A program made the position numbers and the translations under genes. Shown here one piece after another: positions 39,749 to 49,283 of a stretch of DNA of 51,853 nucleotides. The DNA comes from a virus, in the IMG/VR virus record IMGVR_UViG_3300044998_000080. One strand, written 5' to 3'. Position 1 is the stretch's first letter. The number at the start of each line of letters is the position of its first letter. The notes under the pieces are model-generated. The model made no database searches, was not told the DNA's origin, and saw only the letters and a list, made by a program, of their open reading frames with translations.

Positions 39749-40282
39749 ATGGGGATCGCGAATTGGTCGACGATCGAAGACACGATTCAAGCTCAAATCG
39801 CGGCGGGCTCGGGCATCGCGGGCGCGTCGGTTCGTTGGGCGGATCAGTCGCGAGACTCGCCCGCGTCGGGCGATTCCGTTCGCCTGGCGATCACGAACGG
39901 CGCAACCGTCGGTCACGCCGAAGAGCACGAGATCAATAACCCGACGCCGAGCGCGGGAAATGAGATCTTGCTTCGCGAGCACGAGCACCTCGAGTTCGAC
40001 GTTGAAGTTCAGTTCTTCAGCATGACGCCGCACGGCAACTCGTCGGCCTGGGCTCGAGCGCGCACGACCTCGAGCTACCTTCAACGCGACGACGTGACCG
40101 AGAACCTTTTCGCGGCGGGGCTCGCGCTCGTGTCGGTCGACCGTGTGCAACGAGCACCCGCCGTGCTAGAAACTGAGATTCAGGATCGAGCGGTTTTCAC
40201 GGCTCGTTTCCGCACGCTTGACGGTAGCGAGCAAGCTACCACGTACATCGAAAGGGCCGAATGGATCGGCTCGTTGACCTGA
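39749..40282 (+). CDS. Hypothetical neck/tail terminator-type protein
   Basis: 177 aa, immediately upstream of the sheath gene. Call is by position only. Confidence 0.5.
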   Translation: MGIANWSTIEDTIQAQIAAGSGIAGASVRWADQSRDSPASGDSVRLAITNGATVGHAEEHEINNPTPSAGNEILLREHEHLEFDVEVQFFSMTPHGNSSAWARARTTSSYLQRDDVTENLFAAGLALVSVDRVQRAPAVLETEIQDRAVFTARFRTLDGSEQATTYIERAEWIGSLT

Positions 40283-40295
40283 AAGGATCGAACAA

Positions 40296-41615
40296 ATGGC
40301 TTCTCTCTCTGACATTGTGACCGTGAACGTGAGCACTCTCACGACGGCCGTGAAGCAACCGGGTTTCGGAACCCCGTTGATCGCAGATTACAACACCCGC
40401 TTCGCCGAGCGCGTGCGCTTCTACACGTCGCTTCAAGGGCTGATCGACGACGGGTTCACCGTCAACGACGGTGCATACCGCACGGCGGCCGCGATCTTCG
40501 CGCAATCGCCCCAGGTCACCAAGATCGCGATCGGTCGTCGCGCTCTCGCGCCCGATCTTCAGATCGACCTGACGCCGACGGCGGTGAACTCGCGCACCTA
40601 CAAGGTCGATTTGATCGGCCCGGCCGGTCTCACCGCGACCGCTTCGTTCACGAGCGATTCGACCGCGACCGTTGCCGAGATCACGGCGGGTCTCACCTCG
40701 GCGATCAACACGGCGGCCGTCGGGATCACCGCGACCGATCAGACGACCTTCGTTCGTCTCAAGGCGGCGTCGGCGGGTCTGCACTTCTGCGCTTCCGCGC
40801 AAGACCTCTCGCTGATCACCGCACAACAAACCCACGTCGATCCTGGCATCGCGACCGACCTCGCCGCGATCGCTCTCGAGTCGGCCGACTGGTACGGCCT
40901 GACGCTCTCGACGGCGGGCAAGGCCGAGATCGTCGCGGCGGCCGCGTGGGTCGAGTCGAACAAGAAGTTCGGCGCGTTCACCTCGCAAGACGGCGACATT
41001 CTCGGTTCGGGCTCGAGCGACGTTGCTTCGACCGTGAAGACCGCGAACAACTTCCGCTCGATCGTGTTCTTCTCGAACAAGGGTCTCGCGCAATCGGCGG
41101 CGGCCGCGCTTCTCGGCGCGACCTTCCCGTTCGATCCCGGCTCGGTGACCTTCAAGTTTCGCAAGCTCGCGGGCGTCACTTCCGACGCTCTCACGGCGAC
41201 GCAACTCACGAACCTTCGCAACAAGAACGCGATGTTCTTCACCGACTACGGCGGGATCTCGATCACGGCCGAGGGCAAGACGGCGGCCGGTGAGTTCGCC
41301 GACGTGATCCGCGACCGCGATTGGTTCGAGTCGCGGCTTCAAGCGCGCGTGTTCAACGTGCTCGTGAACAACGCGAAGGTGCCGTTCACCGATCGCGGGA
41401 TCGCGGCGATCGAGGCCGAGCTTCGCGCGCAACTGACCGAGGGCATTCAATCGGGGTTCCTCACCGACAACCCCGCGCCCGTCGTCTCGGTTCCGCTCGC
41501 TTCGGCCGTCGCGTCGATCGACAAGGCGGCGCGCCTGCTCAAGCCGATTTCGTTCACCGCGAAGGTCGCGGGAGCGATCCACGCCATCACGATCACCGGA
41601 ACGATCACGGTCTAA
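40296..41615 (+). CDS. Tail sheath protein (DUF3383-like)
   Basis: 439 aa. N-terminal LSDIVTVNVS...QPGFGTPLI. Followed by the tube gene. SD is GAAAGGA. Confidence 0.65.
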   Translation: MASLSDIVTVNVSTLTTAVKQPGFGTPLIADYNTRFAERVRFYTSLQGLIDDGFTVNDGAYRTAAAIFAQSPQVTKIAIGRRALAPDLQIDLTPTAVNSRTYKVDLIGPAGLTATASFTSDSTATVAEITAGLTSAINTAAVGITATDQTTFVRLKAASAGLHFCASAQDLSLITAQQTHVDPGIATDLAAIALESADWYGLTLSTAGKAEIVAAAAWVESNKKFGAFTSQDGDILGSGSSDVASTVKTANNFRSIVFFSNKGLAQSAAAALLGATFPFDPGSVTFKFRKLAGVTSDALTATQLTNLRNKNAMFFTDYGGISITAEGKTAAGEFADVIRDRDWFESRLQARVFNVLVNNAKVPFTDRGIAAIEAELRAQLTEGIQSGFLTDNPAPVVSVPLASAVASIDKAARLLKPISFTAKVAGAIHAITITGTITV

Positions 41616-41648
41616 CCGATCGCTCACAACCCGAAAGGAAACTGAAAC

Positions 41649-42071
41649 ATGGCAACCAAGACCTACAACGCGAAGAAGGTTCTCATTTCGTTCGCGGGCA
41701 AGACTCTCACGGGCGTTCTCGACGGTTCATTCGTGAAGGTCTCGCGCAACAACGATTCCTTCATGCTCGCGATCGGTTCCGACGGCGAAGCGGCTCGAGC
41801 CGCGAACGCCGACAAGTCGGGCACGGTGACGGTGACGCTCATGCAAACGTCGCCGAGCAACGACGATCTCTCGAACCTCATGAGCACCGACGAACTCACG
41901 AACACGGGCACGGGCGCGCTCTTCGTGAAAGACGCGAGCGGCCGAACGCTCGTGTCGGCCGTCGACGCCTGGATCCGCAAGCCCGCCGACGTGGAGTTCG
42001 CTCGCGAGATCACCGGGCGTGAATGGGTCTTCGAGACCGGCAACCTCGAGATCTTCAACGCTGGCAACTGA
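41649..42071 (+). CDS. Tail tube protein (DUF3277-like)
   Basis: 140 aa. YNAKKVLISFAGKTLTG...VTVTLMQTSPSN. Strong GAAAGGAAACTGAAAC initiation region. Confidence 0.65.
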   Translation: MATKTYNAKKVLISFAGKTLTGVLDGSFVKVSRNNDSFMLAIGSDGEAARAANADKSGTVTVTLMQTSPSNDDLSNLMSTDELTNTGTGALFVKDASGRTLVSAVDAWIRKPADVEFAREITGREWVFETGNLEIFNAGN

Positions 42072-42097
42072 CGCGAACTCGATCTTCGTGTAGAACC

Positions 42098-42125
42098 GAG
42101 GGCGGGGCCGAAAGGCCCCGCCCTC
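42098..42125 (+). terminator. Intrinsic terminator after the tube gene
   Basis: Perfect 12-bp stem GAGGGCGGGGCC-GAAA-GGCCCCGCCCTC, then ACTCTTTGG. Confidence 0.65.
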
Positions 42126-42144
42126 ACTCTTTGGAGATCACAAC

Positions 42145-42576
42145 ATGATTCAGACGAAAGAAATCGAACTCGAGACCTCGAAGGGCCGCGCCGTTTTCGA
42201 GGTGCCGCAACTCGACGGCGTGCGCGCGGTGAAGCTCTTCGTTCGACTCACCAACAAGGCGGGGCCCGCGATCGCAATGCTCAAGTCGGGCGGCGCGGCG
42301 GCGGCCCTCGGCGCATTCCTCGAGCACCTCGAGCCCGACGAATACGAGCGGATTCAAAACGAGTTGCTCGCTCGCGTGTCGTGCCGCTGGCCCGAGGGTG
42401 ACGACACCGACTCGAACGCCGTGCGGAACCTGGGAACGATCTTCACCGGGCACCCGTTCGAGCTTGGTCGGCTCGTGCTCTTCGCTCTCGAGGCGAACTA
42501 TGGTTCTTTCTTCGAGCGCCTTCGCGACGCCGTGACGAAGGCTCTCGCCGAAACGGCGACGGTGAAGAAGAGCTAA
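42145..42576 (+). CDS. Tail assembly chaperone
   Basis: 143 aa. Sits between the tube and tape-measure genes. Acidic C-terminus. Confidence 0.6.
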   Translation: MIQTKEIELETSKGRAVFEVPQLDGVRAVKLFVRLTNKAGPAIAMLKSGGAAAALGAFLEHLEPDEYERIQNELLARVSCRWPEGDDTDSNAVRNLGTIFTGHPFELGRLVLFALEANYGSFFERLRDAVTKALAETATVKKS

Positions 42577-42620
42577 CGCTTGATCAGATCGACCCCTCGA
42601 TTTGTTGGCCGATCGAGCGG

Positions 42621-42770
42621 TTGATCCTCGAGCGCATCGCGACCCGCCGAGACCTCGAAACCTGCTATTCTTTCGACGACGTGATCGAAGAGAACAAAGC
42701 ACTCGACGCCTGGCATTGGGCGCAACGCGAACAAGAGCGCCGAGCGGCGTCGAAGAAGGGTAACCGATGA
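42621..42770 (+). CDS. Small ORF or -1 frameshift extension of the chaperone
   Basis: The frame is open from 42402 to 42770 and ends in an ATGA overlap with the tape-measure start. The only internal start is TTG 42621. Confidence 0.3.
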   Translation: MILERIATRRDLETCYSFDDVIEENKALDAWHWAQREQERRAASKKGNR

Positions 42771-44413
42771 TCGTCGAAGAACTTGTTGCGGTTCTCGGTG
42801 CCAAGATCGAGAAGGGTGATTTCGCCGACGCGTTCGCCCTTCTCGATCACCTCGGCGGCGCATTCGACGCGGTGTTCGGCGCGATCGAAAAGGGCGTGAC
42901 CGAAGCGTTCAAGACCGTTCACGAGGTCGCCATGATGGGCGACGAGATCGGCTCAACCGCCGAGCAACTCGGGATCGCGGCGGGCGCGCTTCAAGAACTC
43001 GGGTACGCGGCGAAGCTCTCGGACGCGGACGCCGAAGGGCTCACGGCGGGGTTGCGCTTCCTTTCGCGCGCGGCGGCCGAAGCGGCGGGCGGATCGAAAG
43101 AAGCGCAAGAGGCGTTGCGCGGGATCAAGTATTCCGACGCGAAGGGGCTGCTTTCGGTTCAAGACATTTTCGAAAACGTCGCCGACAAGTTCGCGACGTT
43201 GCCGAACGGTGTTGAGAAAGTAAACCTCGCAATGAAGTTGTTCGGGCGTCAGGGTGCGAGCCTGATCCCGATGCTCAACAAAGGGGCCGACGGGATCGCG
43301 GCTCTTCGCGCCGAGGCTCAAGCCTCGGGCGTCGTGCTTTCTGATTCCGTTCTTCAAGCGAGCGGGGCTTATGACGACGCGTTCAAGCGGCTCGAGGGCT
43401 CGATCCAGGGCTTGAAGAACCAATTCGCGGGGCCCGTGATCGAGAAGGTGACCGAGCTTTTCGGTCGTCTTCGCGAGTTGCTCGCGAGCCCGCAAGTGAA
43501 GCGAGCCGTCGACGGGCTCTCGCGCGGGTTCGGCCGACTCGTCGACACGCTCTCACTTCTCGCGCGTTTCGTCGGTTGGCTTCCGAAGCTCGTCGACGGG
43601 TTCGTTTCAGTCGTGCGCGCTTTCGACCGCTTCGGTGTGATCGCCGACTTCTTCGAATGGCTCTTTTCGGTTGAGGGCGGGATCTTCGCCATTGCGACCG
43701 TGCTCGGCGCGTTGGCGGCGGCGGCCCTCACGGCGGGCGCTTCGCTCGTTGGTGCGGCGATCTCGGCGGCGGCGGCCTGGCTCGCGGCGGCCGCGCCTTT
43801 CATCGCGCTCGGTGCGCTGATCGCGTTGGTCGTTGACGATCTCTACACGTTCGCCGAGGGTGGTGATTCCATGCTCGGGCGTGTGATCCGTTGGTTCAAC
43901 GCGATCAACCCCGAAGACAACGCTTTCATTCGCCTTCTCAAGACGGCGGGCGCGCTGCTCTTCGACCTCACCGATCCGGTCAAATGGCAAAAGCTCGGGC
44001 AAGCGATTTTCGATTTCGCCTTGTCTCCCGTGCGCGGGATCATCGATTCGCTCAAATGGGTTCTCGATCTGATCAACAAGACCGCGCCCGGTCTGAAAGA
44101 CCCGCTCTCGCTCGGCGACAAATCGTTCGGCGACGCCATGCGCGAGAAGTTTCCCGGTCTCTCGGATCCGCTCTCGCTCGGCGACAAATCGTTCGGCGAC
44201 GCCATGCGCGAGAAGTTTCCCGGCATGGCTCCCGTTCTTCCGAGTTCTTCGACGGTCTCGAATCGGAACAACACGACGATCTCGGCACCGATCACGATCA
44301 CCGTTCCGCCTGGCACCGACGCGGCGGGTGTCGCCGAAGCGGCTCGAACGGCCGTGCGTGAAGAACTCGGCGCGCAACTTCAAGACGCTCACGCGGCGAA
44401 CGGCGGAAACTGA
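42767..44413 (+). CDS. Tape measure protein
   Basis: 548 aa, helical and Ala-rich, with hydrophobic AALTAGASLVGAAISAAAAWLAAAAPFIALGALIALVV. Position fits. Confidence 0.8.
   Translation: MIVEELVAVLGAKIEKGDFADAFALLDHLGGAFDAVFGAIEKGVTEAFKTVHEVAMMGDEIGSTAEQLGIAAGALQELGYAAKLSDADAEGLTAGLRFLSRAAAEAAGGSKEAQEALRGIKYSDAKGLLSVQDIFENVADKFATLPNGVEKVNLAMKLFGRQGASLIPMLNKGADGIAALRAEAQASGVVLSDSVLQASGAYDDAFKRLEGSIQGLKNQFAGPVIEKVTELFGRLRELLASPQVKRAVDGLSRGFGRLVDTLSLLARFVGWLPKLVDGFVSVVRAFDRFGVIADFFEWLFSVEGGIFAIATVLGALAAAALTAGASLVGAAISAAAAWLAAAAPFIALGALIALVVDDLYTFAEGGDSMLGRVIRWFNAINPEDNAFIRLLKTAGALLFDLTDPVKWQKLGQAIFDFALSPVRGIIDSLKWVLDLINKTAPGLKDPLSLGDKSFGDAMREKFPGLSDPLSLGDKSFGDAMREKFPGMAPVLPSSSTVSNRNNTTISAPITITVPPGTDAAGVAEAARTAVREELGAQLQDAHAANGGN
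44087..44218 (+). repeat. 2 x 66-bp tandem duplication in the tape measure gene
   Basis: DPLSLGDKSFGDAMREKFPG is encoded twice. A 55-nt core is identical at 44102 and 44168. Confidence 0.85.
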
Positions 44414-44415
44414 TC

Positions 44416-45015
44416 ATGGCAACGACCTTCACTTTCGAACAAGGCAACTCGGTTGACACGATCGTTTTCGATGCGACGACGCAAGAGGTTCCCATGTTCG
44501 ACGCCGACGTGACCGAACACGCGGTCGAAACGGGCGCGGCGAACAACGACAACGTGCGCGCGAAGCCGACGAATCTTCGACTCGAGGTGACCGTGACAGA
44601 TTACCCGCTCTCGTCGAAGGGGCGCGGGATCGGCGGGCAAGCCGAGAAGGGGCGCGCGGCTCGCATTCTCGAGAAGCTCGTGAGTCTTCGCGCCGACGGT
44701 GTGCGGCTCTTCGTTGAGACCGGGCTTCGCACATACGAGAACATGGTGATCAAGAGCGTCTCGAGCCCGCGCGACAAGGCGGTGAGCGGCGCGCTTCGGA
44801 TCTCTATGCTGCTCACCGAGATCAAGACGGTGCGCAACGAGAGCGTGCCCGTGAAGCTCTCGCCGACGAACACGAAAGCGAAACCGAAAGTCGACGGCGG
44901 CAAGCAACCAACGACGCCCACCGACGACGCGACCAAGCGGAAAAGCTGGCTCGCTGGCGGGGCTGACTCACTCTCTGACGGGCTGAAAAAGGTCGGCTCG
45001 ATCCTCGGAAACTGA
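44416..45015 (+). CDS. Baseplate-proximal tail protein (hypothetical)
   Basis: 199 aa, immediately after the tape measure gene. Confidence 0.5.
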   Translation: MATTFTFEQGNSVDTIVFDATTQEVPMFDADVTEHAVETGAANNDNVRAKPTNLRLEVTVTDYPLSSKGRGIGGQAEKGRAARILEKLVSLRADGVRLFVETGLRTYENMVIKSVSSPRDKAVSGALRISMLLTEIKTVRNESVPVKLSPTNTKAKPKVDGGKQPTTPTDDATKRKSWLAGGADSLSDGLKKVGSILGN

Positions 45016-45017
45016 TC

Positions 45018-45362
45018 ATGGCTCAAACGATCCCGACTCGCACCGATCCGCGCTATTCGATCGAGGTCGAACTTGACGGCACGAACTTCGTGCTCGAGTT
45101 CGAATGGAACGATCGCGCGACGTCATGGTTTCTCGACGTGCTCAACGAGGCGCGCGAACGGTTGCTCACGGGCGTTCGAATCGTCGTCGGGTTCCCGCTG
45201 ATCGCTCGCTACCGCGACTCGAGGCTTCCGAAAGGTGACCTCTCGGCCGTCGACACTTCGGGGCTCGGGCTTGATCCTGCCCTCGAAGACCTCGGCGATC
45301 GCGTGCTCTTGGTCTACACGCCGTTCGACGAGATCCCGGCCGGGTTCAAGGTGCTCGCGTGA
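45018..45362 (+). CDS. Hypothetical baseplate-module protein
   Basis: 114 aa. Its start context GGAAACTGATCATGGC is identical to that of 44416. Confidence 0.5.
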   Translation: MAQTIPTRTDPRYSIEVELDGTNFVLEFEWNDRATSWFLDVLNEARERLLTGVRIVVGFPLIARYRDSRLPKGDLSAVDTSGLGLDPALEDLGDRVLLVYTPFDEIPAGFKVLA

Positions 45363-46189
45363 ACGATCTTCTTTTCGGTCGAAAGTATTCGCTGATCGTC
45401 GGCGACCTGAAGATCGACGCGTTGCGCGTCGCTTTCAAGGTGAAGAAGACGCTTACGAAAGAGCCGAACACGGCCGAGATCACGGTGACGAACCTCGCCG
45501 AGACCTCGAGGCGAAAGATCCAGGGGAAAGGGATCCCGGTCGTGCTCTCGGCCGGGTACGTCGACAATCTCGCGGTGATCTTCTCGGGTGACGCACGCTT
45601 CACCGATCACGGGCGCGAAGGTGCCGACTGGCGCACGCGCATTCGGTGCGGTGACGGTGAGCGAGCCTATGCGTTCAAGCGCTTTCAGGGTTCGTTCGCG
45701 CCTGGCACCTCGATCGCCGACGTGATTCGAGCGGCCGCGTCGGCTCTCTCGCTCAACACCGGCAACTTGAACGATGCTCTCGCGCTCCCGTTTCGCGGCG
45801 GGCGCACGGTGTTTCGCAACGGGTTCTCGGCGAACGGTGACGCGATCGACGTGCTCGAAGGGCTCTTGCGCGGCGCGGGCTTCACGCTCTCGATTCAAAA
45901 CGGCGCGTTGCAGGTCTTGCAAGGCGGCTCACCCGTGCCGTCGACCGCGATCCTTCTCACGCCTGACACCGGGCTCGTCGGCTCGCCTGAACTTGGAACG
46001 CCCGCGAAGAAAGGCGAAGCACCTCGAGTCAAGGCGCGCTCGTTGCTGCAACCGAAGATCCGTTGCGGCGGCGTCGTTGAGCTTCGCGCCGACGGGTTCA
46101 AGGGTCAATTCCGAGTCGAGACCGTCGAACACTCGGGAGACACCGACGGGCGCGACTGGTACACTGACCTTGAACTCAAGCCGATCTGA
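45359..46189 (+). CDS. Baseplate hub protein (XkdQ / late-control-D-like)
   Basis: LRVAFKVKKTLTKEPNTAEITVTNL...VVLSAGYVDNLAVIFSGD. GTGA overlap. Confidence 0.6.
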   Translation: MNDLLFGRKYSLIVGDLKIDALRVAFKVKKTLTKEPNTAEITVTNLAETSRRKIQGKGIPVVLSAGYVDNLAVIFSGDARFTDHGREGADWRTRIRCGDGERAYAFKRFQGSFAPGTSIADVIRAAASALSLNTGNLNDALALPFRGGRTVFRNGFSANGDAIDVLEGLLRGAGFTLSIQNGALQVLQGGSPVPSTAILLTPDTGLVGSPELGTPAKKGEAPRVKARSLLQPKIRCGGVVELRADGFKGQFRVETVEHSGDTDGRDWYTDLELKPI

Positions 46190-46197
46190 CTCTTTCC

Positions 46198-47007
46198 ATG
46201 TCGAACCGCTCGCCCGCCCTCGCCGAAGTGATCCGCCTTGCGCTCGAGCGCCAGGGTCGGGCGCTTCGTGTCGGCTTGCCTGGCCGAATCGATCGCTTCG
46301 ACGCGGCGAATCAACTCGCCGACGTGACCCCTCTCTTGCAAGAGACGACGTTCGACGAGACCGGGGCCGAGGTCGTTGAATCGCTCCCGGTTCTGACGAA
46401 CGTTCCCGTTCAATTCGCGGGCGGCGGCGGGTACGCGGTGACGTTCCCGGTCGCGAGCGGTGACCCGTGTTGGCTCACGTTCGCCGACCGATCGATCGAT
46501 GAATGGATCGAGCGCGGCGGCGTTGTCGATCCGGTTGACCTTCGCCGACACGACTTCGCCGATCCCGTGGCGATCCTCGGCGTGCGCTCGAAAGCCGACA
46601 AGCTCACCGAGTTCGACGGCTCGCGCGCGGTGTTCGGCAACAAGGGCCCTCGGATCGCAGTCGACGGTTCGAGCGTTCACCTCGGCGTCGGGAATGGCGC
46701 GAGCGCGGGTCAACGCGTGTTGCGCGGCGACGCATACCGCACGGCCGAAGACACGTTGCTTGATTCGATCGCGTCGGCGGCTCAATCGGCGGCAACGGCG
46801 TTGATCGCGGCGACCGCTGCTCTCGCTTCGGCGGGCACGGCGAACGCGGTTCCCGTCGTCGGCGGAATTCCGGCCGCGCCCTTTTTCGCAACGGCGGCGA
46901 CGCAACTCACGACGGCCGCGATCGCGTTGCAATCGATCCAGGGGATCGTGAACGCGTTCAAGGCGCAAGATTCGACCTTCAAGGCAAATGAGGTGAAGGT
47001 TCCATGA
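46198..47007 (+). CDS. Central baseplate spike (Gp138_N / Mu gp45-like)
   Basis: LRVGLPGRIDRFD...LPVLTNVPVQF...FPVASGDPCWLTFADRSIDEW. Confidence 0.7.
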   Translation: MSNRSPALAEVIRLALERQGRALRVGLPGRIDRFDAANQLADVTPLLQETTFDETGAEVVESLPVLTNVPVQFAGGGGYAVTFPVASGDPCWLTFADRSIDEWIERGGVVDPVDLRRHDFADPVAILGVRSKADKLTEFDGSRAVFGNKGPRIAVDGSSVHLGVGNGASAGQRVLRGDAYRTAEDTLLDSIASAAQSAATALIAATAALASAGTANAVPVVGGIPAAPFFATAATQLTTAAIALQSIQGIVNAFKAQDSTFKANEVKVP

Positions 47008-47561
47008 GTCTGATCGTGACCGATTGGGAGCTTGCGCGCGCCAACGAGATCGCCGACCGCGCGAAAGAAGCGAACGTGAACGGTGTCGCGGGTGCCGAAG
47101 ACCTCGGGCCTTCGTTCCCGAGCGGTGTCGCCTGGCCCGCGTCGGCCGACGCCGAACTTCGTCGCCTGTCTTACTCGTTGCTTGGATCGCTCGCGATCAC
47201 GCAAGAATGGATCGAAGTCTCGAGCTTCGAGAACAATTGGATCCCGCTCGGAAACTCTTCGTCGCACAACCCCGCGTTCATGATCGATCCGTTCGGGTTC
47301 GTTCACTGGCGCGGGCTCGTTGGTCGCTCGAGCGGGGCGGCCGTGAACGGTGAGACGATCTGCAACTTCCCGGCGCGCTACATGCCCGCGAAACTGATCG
47401 GGTTCCCGTGCATTACGAACTCGGGTTTGATCCACGTCGGCGTTTTCAACGACGGGGCCGACGGCGGCGGGCGGCTCGTGTGGCGCACTACTGGCGGCTT
47501 CACGGGCGGTTATTCGTTCGTCTATCTCGACAATATCGGCGTGTACGACACGCGAGGGTGA
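47004..47561 (+). CDS. Receptor-binding-domain-like protein
   Basis: 185 aa. FENNWIPLGN...FMIDPFGFVHWRGLV...NFPARYMP resembles fibre-tip jelly-roll domains. Confidence 0.45.
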   Translation: MSLIVTDWELARANEIADRAKEANVNGVAGAEDLGPSFPSGVAWPASADAELRRLSYSLLGSLAITQEWIEVSSFENNWIPLGNSSSHNPAFMIDPFGFVHWRGLVGRSSGAAVNGETICNFPARYMPAKLIGFPCITNSGLIHVGVFNDGADGGGRLVWRTTGGFTGGYSFVYLDNIGVYDTRG

Positions 47562-47564
47562 CCC

Positions 47565-49271
47565 ATGCCAAACGTGATTCCTTCACCGATCCCTTTCGCT
47601 ACCGCGACCGCTCCCGGCGTTGTGTCGACGGCGGCGCAAACGCTCGGCGCGGGAGCGAAAACTTTCTCGGCCGACGTTGTTCTTGCGTCGGGTGCGCTGC
47701 TCACGGGAACCGCGTTCACGTTCGGCGCGGGCGGTTTCTTCGGGAGTAACCCCGCGTGGGTCACGACGAACACAACGAAGTTCATCATTCAAAACGGAAC
47801 CCCGATTTCGGGTTTCGCTGGGATCGATCTTCGAGCAACGGCCGGGGTTCAATTCGCGTCAAGTCTCGGCGCTTCCGCGTCTGACGTGGTGATCAAGATC
47901 GGTTCGAGCCAGGTCGACGGGTCGGTGAATGCGAGCGCAAAGATCGCCTCATTCTTGACCGGGCTCACGGGAACCGAGGTCGAGTCGTTGTATGTTGCGA
48001 AAGGCGGCGTTCTCGGCGGGAGCGGCGGAAAGCTCACGATCAATTCGACCGTCGGCACGCAAGCGACTTGGGGATCTTCAGGCTTGTTCGTGACCGGCTC
48101 GGTCGCCGAGATCGCTTCGTTGAGCATTCCGGTTCAAGTTCGCGGCAACGGTGCCGTTGCGCGCTTGATCTCGAATCTCGGCGCGGGTGCGTCGGATCTC
48201 TGCACCGTTGCGGGTTCAACGAGGGCCGACGGGTCGGTGAACGCGACCGCGAAGCTCTTCAGTGTTCGATCCGGGATCGGTGGAACCGAGGTCGATAAGC
48301 TCTATGTGCAAGGCGACGGTGGGGTTGTCGCGAATGCGCCCTCAACGATCGGAACGGGATTCGCAAACCCGGCTTTGCGAATCCCGATTGTTGGTAGCAC
48401 GCAAACGAACCTCTTTCAGATCGGCGGAACCACGGTTTCGACCTGGGAGCTTGCGATCGGATTCTACACGGGTGCTGGTGCCCCCGTGATTTCGTCTCGT
48501 GCTGGCCCTCTTCTGATCAGTCTCGCGTCAGGCACGAGCGTTTCACCGTTCACGCCTGGCACGGCTGACGTTGGTTCGACAACGAACTATTGGCGGCGTG
48601 TGTATGCGAACGCTTTCTCAAACGTGAACGGATCGGGCGCAACCGACATTTGCACGACACTCGGCACGTCTACGGCTGACGGTTCGGTGAACTCGAGCGC
48701 CAAGCTCTTGTCACTTCGCACCGGGATCGGTGGAACCGAAGTCGAGTATCTTTCGATCGCGAAGAATACCGTTGTTTTCCCATCGGCAAGTCAGACGATT
48801 ATCAAATGGGATTCTGGTGACGTGAACCATTGGGAGCTTCGCGCGCAACCGGGCGGCAATTTCTCGATCGGGAACAATACGGTCGACTATTTGCGCCTTC
48901 GTTTGAGCGACGGCGCGATCGCTTCCGATTTCGGTCTCGTTGCCACCAACGGATCGGGAACGGCGGATTACTTCAAAGTCGTCGCGGGCGTCGGTCGCGT
49001 CGACCAATGGGGCACCGACTCGAGCGGAACGCCTGGCGCGGCGACGATCAACAAGCCGACCGGGATCAGCGCAATCGCGAGCGGAACGAACACGGTCACG
49101 ATCACGAACTCGCTCGCAACGGCGACGAGTCGAGTGATGATCACTTGGCTCGGCGATCACGGTGCGGCGCGTTGGTGGGTCAATCGCTCGGCGGGTGCCT
49201 TCACGGTTGTTCTTCCGACGAACGCGACCGCGAACACGGCGTTCGCGTGGGAAGTGTCTTCGCTTCTCTGA
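47565..49271 (+). CDS. Tail fibre/spike protein with three internal repeats
   Basis: 568 aa. N-terminal ATATAPGVVSTAAQTLGAGAKTF. Contains ADGSVN[AS][ST]AK...G[IL][GT]GTEV..LY three times. Confidence 0.6.
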   Translation: MPNVIPSPIPFATATAPGVVSTAAQTLGAGAKTFSADVVLASGALLTGTAFTFGAGGFFGSNPAWVTTNTTKFIIQNGTPISGFAGIDLRATAGVQFASSLGASASDVVIKIGSSQVDGSVNASAKIASFLTGLTGTEVESLYVAKGGVLGGSGGKLTINSTVGTQATWGSSGLFVTGSVAEIASLSIPVQVRGNGAVARLISNLGAGASDLCTVAGSTRADGSVNATAKLFSVRSGIGGTEVDKLYVQGDGGVVANAPSTIGTGFANPALRIPIVGSTQTNLFQIGGTTVSTWELAIGFYTGAGAPVISSRAGPLLISLASGTSVSPFTPGTADVGSTTNYWRRVYANAFSNVNGSGATDICTTLGTSTADGSVNSSAKLLSLRTGIGGTEVEYLSIAKNTVVFPSASQTIIKWDSGDVNHWELRAQPGGNFSIGNNTVDYLRLRLSDGAIASDFGLVATNGSGTADYFKVVAGVGRVDQWGTDSSGTPGAATINKPTGISAIASGTNTVTITNSLATATSRVMITWLGDHGAARWWVNRSAGAFTVVLPTNATANTAFAWEVSSLL

Positions 49272-49283
49272 TAGGGTGAGCCC

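Noticed and set aside
40236-41627. 463-aa minus-strand ORF (similar cases at 267..1175, 3262..4200 and 37695..38753)
   Set aside because: All are Arg-rich mirror ORFs of supported structural genes, with no start context.
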